Shown: piece by piece, positions 54,120-62,055 of the stretch
Layout of the letters: each line of letters starts with the position of its first letter
Numbering within the stretch: position 1 is the first letter of the stretch
Assembly: GCA_965112155.1 (NCBI GenBank)
Contig: OZ218101.1
Source of the DNA: Podarcis liolepis
Taxonomy: Eukaryota
Strand: one strand, 5' to 3'
Length of the DNA: 64,000 nt
Notes under the pieces: generated by a model
Databases searched by the model: none
Seen by the model: only the letters and a program-made list of their open reading frames with translations
What the model was told of the DNA's origin: nothing
Made by a program: the position numbers and the translations under genes

Positions 54120-54880
54120 GATCCTCCTAAATCGAGGGTCCTGGTTGCACTCAGGACCCTTAAGCCCCCCCCCCCGGGTGTGTTGTTGCTAGGAGTGGCC
54201 CAAGCCTTGTCTGTTGGGCCCTGGGCGCTTGGCTGTTTGGGCCAATTGTGGCGAGTGGGCGTGATCCCAGGAACCTATAAATGCGGCAGCGTGACAGGGA
54301 TGGGGCACTTGTTATGCGCTGCCAAACACCCGTCCTCCCCCTGAATTTATGTGCTGCTGCTTTGGTCTTGCTTTGGATTGGGTCACCTGCTTTGGAGCAG
54401 GGGCTGGGTAGGAATTTTTCCATTTGGCAGATTGGCTTAGCCACTTGGTTTTCACCTACCCCCTTAGCAATTGTCACAACTTTGTAAGGTTTGGTGGTTT
54501 ATAGAAATGTGTGGGAGGGGAGGTGTGGCCATCACCTGCCCTTCTAGAAATAGGGTATTCCGGTAAAGGAATCGGGGGGTCCTGGATCTCGTTTGAAGTC
54601 TGCTTGAGGGACTAGGGCCATGCCAGGACCACAGGAACCCCAGGGTGAGCTTCAATTGATCTTCACCGATGTTGCTCCCTTGTTTGGTGTTTACCCTTTC
54701 AGACTGCCAGCCAGAGAGGCTGGAGTCAGTTATAGTCTCTGACCAATGCCTAGGCCAATACCGCACAATTTGTTTTGTAATCAATAAAGCTGTAGCCAAA
54801 TTTTGCCGAAAAACTTAAACTAAAATTATGTGTCCGTTTGAAGTTATTTTACTGGAAAAGGGCTTGTGGGGCCTTGGGGC
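54120..54880 (+). mobile_element. Interspersed repeat, possibly a DIRS/Ngaro-type terminal repeat (copy 2 of 3)
   Basis: Same collinear blocks; TATAAA at about 54276 and AATAAA at about 54783. Confidence 0.55.
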
Positions 54881-54998
54881 ACAATCCAATAATAATGAAT
54901 AAACAACAATTTTATTCACATGGAATTTCTGTGCCCTATCAGTGCATTATGCAGTATATTAAAACTGAATTTCTGCTCCAGAAACTTTGCACAATACA

Positions 54999-55342
54999 AA
55001 ATAAAAAAATTCCTTCCAGTAGCACCTTAAAGACCAACTAAGTTAGTTCTTGGCATGAGCTTTCGTGTGCATGCACACTTCTTCAGATACACTGAAACAG
55101 AAGTTGCCAGATCCTTCTGTATAGTGAGAAGGTGGGGAGGGGTATTACTCAGAAGGGTGGTGGGAATGGGAGATTGGCAGATAGCTGAGATGAGCCTGTT
55201 GACGACTCTTAACGACTGCAATAGGTCTTACAGGAAAAGGCAAGGGGTGAGAAGGTGAAAAATGGCTTAGTCATGTATAATGAGATAAGAATCCAATGTC
55301 TTTGTTCAGACCAGGTCTCTCCATGGTTTTAAGTTTGGTAAA
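54999..55342 (-). mobile_element. 5'-truncated Neptune-type PLE (ORF C-terminus + 3' terminal repeat)
   Basis: Terminal ~92 bp nearly identical to the 34.7-kb arms. The minus strand encodes TKLKTMERPGLNKDIGFLSHYT*, resembling the end of a PLE GIY-YIG ORF. 13-bp TSD TTTGCACAATACA at 54986-54998 and 55343-55355. Confidence 0.85.
55053..55090 (-). ncRNA. Minimal type I hammerhead ribozyme
   Basis: GTAT-CTGAAGA-AGTGTGCATGCACAC-GAAAGCTC-ATGC; stem I is retained via a G.U pair. Confidence 0.8.
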
Positions 55343-55381
55343 TTTGCACAATACAGTAACACACATTCACACAATATCCAG

Positions 55382-55383
<2 letters not shown>

Positions 55384-55432
<49 letters not shown>
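55384..55432. repeat. (AT)n microsatellite (left PLE flank)
   Basis: Pure dinucleotide run. Confidence 0.98.
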
Positions 55433-55435
<3 letters not shown>

Positions 55436-55480
55436 GGTTTTGGTGTCTTCGGGTGTCTTCCCGTGTAAGAGTTGGGGTGT

Positions 55481-55525
55481 CTAGGCGACGTTTCGACGAG
55501 GTCTCACTCGTCATCTTCAGGCTGG
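55481..55525 (-). ncRNA. Mirror copy of the minimal hammerhead-like motif (left arm)
   Basis: Reverse complement of 59706-59750. Confidence 0.7.
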
Positions 55526-55757
55526 TGCTTTCGGCTTCTTGTTACTGGAACAGAGCAGGATCTCAGTGTTTGAGTTCCTATAAATACTGTTGAGGGGGTG
55601 TGGTGTATAGCCTCCGACGTTCTGGGCAGAGAGGAAGTTCCCAGGTTAGTGTGCCTTTTCTTCTTTTGTTCCTTAATTACTTGAGGGATATCTTGAGTGA
55701 TTTCTTGAGTGATATTCTGAGTACCACTTAGGAGGGTCATTAAGTGTGGATTAGTTG

Positions 55758-57617
55758 CTAAAGCTTTCGTGTCTTGACCTCTTGAGCTTGTGAAGAGTTT
55801 TTCTGAGAAGATGGCTGTACTGCACTTAGTTGTGCTCTGGCTTGGCTTCGTGTATAGGGGCGAGCTGTGGTTTTGTGCCCTGTGCCAGCCAGATCTGTGT
55901 AGGGATTGCAGGGGGGTGCAGCATCCGGAGGTGCCACTATGGTTTGGCTACTGGATGGTGTCTGTAATTTATCTGTGGAGAGGGTCTGGGTTTGGGTCTG
56001 GTGTGGTTGATTGGTGATGGCGTTCTGTGTGCCTCTGGTTCTGGTGTCGGTTTTTGTGGGGAGGGCTAATTTCCAGATGTCTGGCAGGCGGGACGTGTCG
56101 TCACGCTTGTTCATGTTGTGAGGGTGTTTCTCTATCTCGATGGCTTCCATGATTATTCTCTTGTGGTGATGTTCCATGTTAAAGAGCAATTTGGAATCTG
56201 CAAAATTAATTTCGTGTCCTGTTTCTTTCATGTGTTGGAAAAGAGAGGAAGTTTTTTCTTCTTTTTTGACGGCATTCTTGTGTTCTGCGATACGTGCATT
56301 TATTCGTCTGTTTGTTTGTCCAATGTACGTGGCTGGGCAGACTTTGCAGGGTATTTCATAGACCCCTTGGTTTTCCAACTGGATTTTATCTTTGGGGTTT
56401 CTGAGGATATTGGCTATTTTTTGGTTGGTGCAAAAGGCTGTTTTGATATTGTGTTTATGGAGGATTTTGCTAATTTTATCTGTAGTGCCCTTGATATAAG
56501 GAAGGAGGGCCATGCCATTGTTTTCTTCTGTGTCTTGGTTTTTGGGGGGTGTTTCTTTTTGGATTAGCTTCGTAACCCTGTTTTGCTGGTATCCATTGGC
56601 GATTAACACATTTGAGAGATTCTGTAACTCAGTTGTCAAGTGGTCTTTGTCAGCCAGGCGTTTGGTTCTGGAGATGAGAGTCTTGGCTACGGAGTTTATT
56701 TGTGCAGGGTGGTGGTGTGATTGTGCATGTAAGTAGCGGTTGGTGTGTGTTTTTTTCCGGTAGATAGTGTGTCCTAGGGAGCCATCAGGTTTTTTGTAGA
56801 TTAGGACGTCAAGGAAGGGAAGTTGGTTGTTGGCTTCTATTTCCATAGTGAATTGTATTTTGGGGTGTAGGCTGTTGAGATGTGTGAGGAAGCTATCTAG
56901 TTTTTCTTTCCCGTGTGGCCAAATTACAAAGGTGTCGTCAACATATCTGAGCCAAAGTTTGGGTTTGTGTTCTGACTTGTCTAAAGCATTGGTTTCAAAG
57001 TGTTCCATGTACAAATTTGCGATGACCGGTGAGAGGGGTGATCCCATAGGTGCTCCTTCTATCTGTTTGTATCTTTGTCCATTGTGGATGAAGTACGTGT
57101 TGGTTAGGCAGTGGTTGGTCAGGTCCAGGATGTATTCGGGGGGATTGTATTTGTTTCGAATGGCTGTCAAGGCTTCATTAATGGGCACTTGTGTGAAGAG
57201 AGATACAACATCGAAGCTCACAAGTAGGTCATCGGGATGTAGGTTTTGCTTCTTTATTGTTTCTATGAACTGGAAGGAGTTAGTAACGTGTGAAGCGATG
57301 GATTCTGCATAGGGCTGAAGTTGCTTAGCGAGAAATTTAGCGAGATTTTGTAGAGGTGAGCCTATGGAGCTGACTATTGGTCTGAGTGGTGTTCCTTCTT
57401 TGTGTATCTTAGGGAGACCGTAGAGTTTGGGGCATCTGGATGATTTTTCTCTGGGGATGATTCTTAGCTGGATTTCTTCACTGATAGGAGAGGCTTTTAT
57501 TTTGGATTTGGTGGTTTTTTCCAGATAGGTGGTGGGATCTGTTTTTATAGGTTGGTAGGTAGGGTCTTGGAGTAGATTTGATAGTTTTGCTTGGTAGTCC
57601 GATGTGTTCATCACAAC
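55758..57617 (-). CDS. PLE reverse transcriptase + GIY-YIG endonuclease, left arm (N-terminally truncated)
   Basis: Same protein as the right arm except LAKQ vs LTKQ and NRV vs NMV. It extends a few codons further 5' (VVMNTSDY), with an in-frame ATG at 57611-57609. Confidence 0.95.
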   Translation of the reverse strand, partial: VVMNTSDYQAKLSNLLQDPTYQPIKTDPTTYLEKTTKSKIKASPISEEIQLRIIPREKSSRCPKLYGLPKIHKEGTPLRPIVSSIGSPLQNLAKFLAKQLQPYAESIASHVTNSFQFIETIKKQNLHPDDLLVSFDVVSLFTQVPINEALTAIRNKYNPPEYILDLTNHCLTNTYFIHNGQRYKQIEGAPMGSPLSPVIANLYMEHFETNALDKSEHKPKLWLRYVDDTFVIWPHGKEKLDSFLTHLNSLHPKIQFTMEIEANNQLPFLDVLIYKKPDGSLGHTIYRKKTHTNRYLHAQSHHHPAQINSVAKTLISRTKRLADKDHLTTELQNLSNVLIANGYQQNRVTKLIQKETPPKNQDTEENNGMALLPYIKGTTDKISKILHKHNIKTAFCTNQKIANILRNPKDKIQLENQGVYEIPCKVCPATYIGQTNRRINARIAEHKNAVKKEEKTSSLFQHMKETGHEINFADSKLLFNMEHHHKRIIMEAIEIEKHPHNMNKRDDTSRLPDIWKLALPTKTDTRTRGTQNAITNQPHQTQTQTLSTDKLQTPSSSQTIVAPPDAAPPCNPYTDLAGTGHKTTARPYTRSQARAQLSAVQPSSQKNSSQAQEVKTRKL

Positions 57618-57622
57618 ATCAC

Positions 57623-59473
57623 AACACATCGGACTACCAAGCAAAACTATCAAATCTACTCCAAGACCCTACCTACCAACCTATAAAAACAGATCCCACC
57701 ACCTATCTGGAAAAAACCACCAAATCCAAAATAAAAGCCTCTCCTATCAGTGAAGAAATCCAGCTAAGAATCATCCCCAGAGAAAAATCATCCAGATGCC
57801 CCAAACTCTACGGTCTCCCTAAGATACACAAAGAAGGAACACCACTCAGACCAATAGTCAGCTCCATAGGCTCACCTCTACAAAATCTCGCTAAATTTCT
57901 CACTAAGCAACTTCAGCCCTATGCAGAATCCATCGCTTCACACGTTACTAACTCCTTCCAGTTCATAGAAACAATAAAGAAGCAAAACCTACATCCCGAT
58001 GACCTACTTGTGAGCTTCGATGTTGTATCTCTCTTCACACAAGTGCCCATTAATGAAGCCTTGACAGCCATTCGAAACAAATACAATCCCCCCGAATACA
58101 TCCTGGACCTGACCAACCACTGCCTAACCAACACGTACTTCATCCACAATGGACAAAGATACAAACAGATAGAAGGAGCACCTATGGGATCACCCCTCTC
58201 ACCGGTCATCGCAAATTTGTACATGGAACACTTTGAAACCAATGCTTTAGACAAGTCAGAACACAAACCCAAACTTTGGCTCAGATATGTTGACGACACC
58301 TTTGTAATTTGGCCACACGGGAAAGAAAAACTAGATAGCTTCCTCACACATCTCAACAGCCTACACCCCAAAATACAATTCACTATGGAAATAGAAGCCA
58401 ACAACCAACTTCCCTTCCTTGACGTCCTAATCTACAAAAAACCTGATGGCTCCCTAGGACACACTATCTACCGGAAAAAAACACACACCAACCGCTACTT
58501 ACATGCACAATCACACCACCACCCTGCACAAATAAACTCCGTAGCCAAGACTCTCATCTCCAGAACCAAACGCCTGGCTGACAAAGACCACTTGACAACT
58601 GAGTTACAGAATCTCTCAAATGTGTTAATCGCCAATGGATACCAGCAAAACATGGTTACGAAGCTAATCCAAAAAGAAACACCCCCCAAAAACCAAGACA
58701 CAGAAGAAAACAATGGCATGGCCCTCCTTCCTTATATCAAGGGCACTACAGATAAAATTAGCAAAATCCTCCATAAACACAATATCAAAACAGCCTTTTG
58801 CACCAACCAAAAAATAGCCAATATCCTCAGAAACCCCAAAGATAAAATCCAGTTGGAAAACCAAGGGGTCTATGAAATACCCTGCAAAGTCTGCCCAGCC
58901 ACGTACATTGGACAAACAAACAGACGAATAAATGCACGTATCGCAGAACACAAGAATGCCGTCAAAAAAGAAGAAAAAACTTCCTCTCTTTTCCAACACA
59001 TGAAAGAAACAGGACACGAAATTAATTTTGCAGATTCCAAATTGCTCTTTAACATGGAACATCACCACAAGAGAATAATCATGGAAGCCATCGAGATAGA
59101 GAAACACCCTCACAACATGAACAAGCGTGACGACACGTCCCGCCTGCCAGACATCTGGAAATTAGCCCTCCCCACAAAAACCGACACCAGAACCAGAGGC
59201 ACACAGAACGCCATCACCAATCAACCACACCAGACCCAAACCCAGACCCTCTCCACAGATAAATTACAGACACCATCCAGTAGCCAAACCATAGTGGCAC
59301 CTCCGGATGCTGCACCCCCCTGCAATCCCTACACAGATCTGGCTGGCACAGGGCACAAAACCACAGCTCGCCCCTATACACGAAGCCAAGCCAGAGCACA
59401 ACTAAGTGCAGTACAGCCATCTTCTCAGAAAAACTCTTCACAAGCTCAAGAGGTCAAGACACGAAAGCTTTAG
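57623..59473 (+). CDS. PLE reverse transcriptase + GIY-YIG endonuclease, right arm (N-terminally truncated)
   Basis: Motifs YGLPKIHK, LRPIVS, LVSFDVVSLFT, GAPMGSPLSP, WLRYVDDTF, LPFLDV and YRKKT (RT), then GVYEIPC..C..YIGQT.R...R..EH (GIY-YIG). The frame is open to TAG at 59473. The ORF-track start at 57578 lies in the opposite arm and is artefactual. Confidence 0.95.
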   Translation, partial: NTSDYQAKLSNLLQDPTYQPIKTDPTTYLEKTTKSKIKASPISEEIQLRIIPREKSSRCPKLYGLPKIHKEGTPLRPIVSSIGSPLQNLAKFLTKQLQPYAESIASHVTNSFQFIETIKKQNLHPDDLLVSFDVVSLFTQVPINEALTAIRNKYNPPEYILDLTNHCLTNTYFIHNGQRYKQIEGAPMGSPLSPVIANLYMEHFETNALDKSEHKPKLWLRYVDDTFVIWPHGKEKLDSFLTHLNSLHPKIQFTMEIEANNQLPFLDVLIYKKPDGSLGHTIYRKKTHTNRYLHAQSHHHPAQINSVAKTLISRTKRLADKDHLTTELQNLSNVLIANGYQQNMVTKLIQKETPPKNQDTEENNGMALLPYIKGTTDKISKILHKHNIKTAFCTNQKIANILRNPKDKIQLENQGVYEIPCKVCPATYIGQTNRRINARIAEHKNAVKKEEKTSSLFQHMKETGHEINFADSKLLFNMEHHHKRIIMEAIEIEKHPHNMNKRDDTSRLPDIWKLALPTKTDTRTRGTQNAITNQPHQTQTQTLSTDKLQTPSSSQTIVAPPDAAPPCNPYTDLAGTGHKTTARPYTRSQARAQLSAVQPSSQKNSSQAQEVKTRKL

Positions 59474-59705
59474 CAACTAATCCACACTTAATGACCCTCC
59501 TAAGTGGTACTCAGAATATCACTCAAGAAATCACTCAAGATATCCCTCAAGTAATTAAGGAACAAAAGAAGAAAAGGCACACTAACCTGGGAACTTCCTC
59601 TCTGCCCAGAACGTCGGAGGCTATACACCACACCCCCTCAACAGTATTTATAGGAACTCAAACACTGAGATCCTGCTCTGTTCCAGTAACAAGAAGCCGA
59701 AAGCA

Positions 59706-59750
59706 CCAGCCTGAAGATGACGAGTGAGACCTCGTCGAAACGTCGCCTAG
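59706..59750 (+). ncRNA. Minimal hammerhead-ribozyme-like motif in the Poseidon-type PLE 3' terminus
   Basis: CTGAAGA-T-[GACGAG/TGAGAC/CTCGTC stem II]-GAAA-CG-TC. Core boxes are intact, but stem I is only about 2 bp (GC/GC). Confidence 0.7.
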
Positions 59751-59826
59751 ACACCCCAACTCTTACACGGGAAGACACCCGAAGACACCAAAACCTGCAT
59801 TCCTGTACCCGTGAAAATCTACGAAA

Positions 59827-59828
<2 letters not shown>

Positions 59829-59887
<59 letters not shown>
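59829..59887. repeat. (AT)n microsatellite (right PLE flank)
   Basis: Pure dinucleotide run. Confidence 0.98.
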
Positions 59888-59891
<4 letters not shown>

Positions 59892-61439
59892 GAGAAACAA
59901 AGTGGAAAAGGAAGCCAAAGTAAAAAGACAACACTTTTAAATTAGCATGGTTCATACAAACAATCTCTACAAATAAGATGGAGAAAGCATGGCGCTGACA
60001 ATTGGGATGCTCAGCATTCTCAGCCAGCATCCCCAATGGTCAGGGATGATGGGAGTCTCAGTCCAACAAGCTCTGGAGGGCCACTGTTTCTTCTCTGCCT
60101 GGCAAAGCTTACATTTTTAATTTAAAATATTTTCAGATTTGCGCTTTGTCTTCCTAGGTTTTTCAAACCTGGGCACTTTATCCCTCCCAATTACATTTGT
60201 GACTTTCGAGAGGCTGCAAACTCACTACCACTGTGAGCAAAAATGCCTGCCCTTTGAAGTAACCAGAGCTCTAGATCTAGTGTAGATTAGTCATGCATTC
60301 TTTCCAAAGTAAAAGCAAAGTTTAGCCTTTTTATTCATTATGCCGTGGCTTTTCAGAGAGTTCCATATTCATTAAGACAAGTTGGCAGATAGGAATTTAG
60401 GAGGGTGTGGGATTTATTCAAGAAACAGACGCAGCATGGTCATGAGGGAACATTTCTTTTCTTATAAGTATTGTGCACACCTTCTCATGTGGATTTGCGA
60501 GACATTTTATTTGCATAAACAGCTGTCTTCTTACCTCATTTCGGCAGCAACAAATAGCACCATCTAAGAGAACTGCCATAATAGATCCTATTCTTATTCT
60601 TCAAACCCCTCCCCCTCTCCTCCCTGCAGCTGCTTTCCACAAGCTCATGGGGGCGGGGGCGGAAGGGGTGCAATGTAAGGCTTACACTGTAAATTTGGCA
60701 ATGATAAAGAAATGGGTTGGGCTTTAGTAATCTAAAAATCGAGGGTGTATTGAGAGTGGGTGGGAAATCTATATTTTATTATGTTGTATTCATTTCAATA
60801 ATGTTCACCTTGATTTGTCAAGCGCTACCTCCCCACTTGGACATCAGAGAGGTTGTTAAGAGGATGATGAGTGAAAAACAGCCATCCAATTAAACTACAA
60901 AATTCTGAAAAGGTCAAAATAGTACATGTTACTAGTGCAGTTCACAGAACAAATGAAGCATTTAAATGCCAATATTTCATCCTGGTAACAAAAATTGCGA
61001 GAGGATGAAGCTTAGGACATTTTGTTCAGGAGAAAAGCAATGATTTAGCTGAAAGCCTCTTCTTTTTTTACAATGGTCAGAAATATGATGCTTTATGGCT
61101 CTGTTCTGATAGAAAAAAATCCTTTAGAAATAAAACATCACAGAATCACACATGGCACAGAATTCCACATGCATTGATGAGGTGTTTGTGCACTATACTG
61201 CATGCTGTGTAGCTCTGTTCCAACTGTTGCCAACTGCATTGTTTCTACACTGGAAAAGTATTTTGTGAAATATTATTTTTTGAACATTTGCAAGCCTCAA
61301 GATAGAATTCTGTTTTTTAAAAAGGGCACAGGGCAAAGTGCCACGTCTGCACATGTGCGCGGAGTGGTTTACACTTCTGTGCACATGCAAAGCGTGATTT
61401 AGCACTTCTGCGCATTGCACGAGCAGCATCACTGAGTGG

Positions 61440-62055
61440 GCTCTTTTGCTGCGTGCATCGGATCAACCGCCCACTCTCCTTAATCTAGGGCTATTGCGTT
61501 GACCTTGCTATGCCTGTCATGCGGTCGTCTGCTTTTGGGGTAGAAATTTTGTCCATTTGGCTGATTGGCTGGTGCCATTTGGTTTTTGCCTACTGCGTAG
61601 CAAATCGTCACAACTTGTAAGGTTGCGGTTAGGCACTGGTTAAAAAATTGGTTGGTGGAGGGGTAAGGATTGGCTGTGCCTGCCCCTCCAATGCTGCTGC
61701 TGCTGCAAGGGAAATCCGTTAAAGGAATCCAGGGGCTTGCCATTCTTTTTTTCGCACCCCTGAATAGGGTTTAGGGCCATGCAAGCCCCCGGGAGCATGC
61801 AGGGGGGGGAGGATGAGCGTCTGGTGCCCGGCTCCATGCTCTCCCCAATATTGTTTTCCCTTACTGGCTTTTGCTGGAATCCGGAAGTCAGTTCTGTCCC
61901 TGGGCGTGGGAACAGATAGTCATAACCAATGCCTAAGCAACCACTCACATTTATGTATTTTAATAAAGTTGTGGGCAAAATTATGCCAAAAACCTTAAGC
62001 AAAAATTATGTGTGAATTGTGAATTATTTAGGGGTTGCTTGGGGGACCTCGACAC
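61440..62055 (+). mobile_element. Interspersed repeat, possibly a DIRS/Ngaro-type terminal repeat (copy 3 of 3)
   Basis: Same collinear blocks, ending AATAAAGTTGTGG..AAATTATGCC. Confidence 0.55.

Larger units (their letters stand above)
55431..59830. mobile_element. Palindromic (head-to-head, 5'-truncated) Penelope-like element, Penelope/Poseidon type, inserted in an (AT)n microsatellite
   Basis: Arms 55431-57608 and 57623-59800 are reverse complements (mirror sum 115231, matching the two ORFs). Spacer is CATCACAACATCAC; a 30-nt tail 59801-59830 is present only on the right; (AT)n flanks both sides. Confidence 0.95.

Noticed and set aside
57578-57653. Apparent overlapping divergent gene starts (MIVLLGSPMC...)
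   Set aside because: The N-terminal residues come from reading through the opposite arm; the element is 5'-truncated.
55790-59441. Antisense ORFs of 61-161 aa within the PLE arms
   Set aside because: Shadow frames of the A/C-rich RT ORF with no recognisable motifs.
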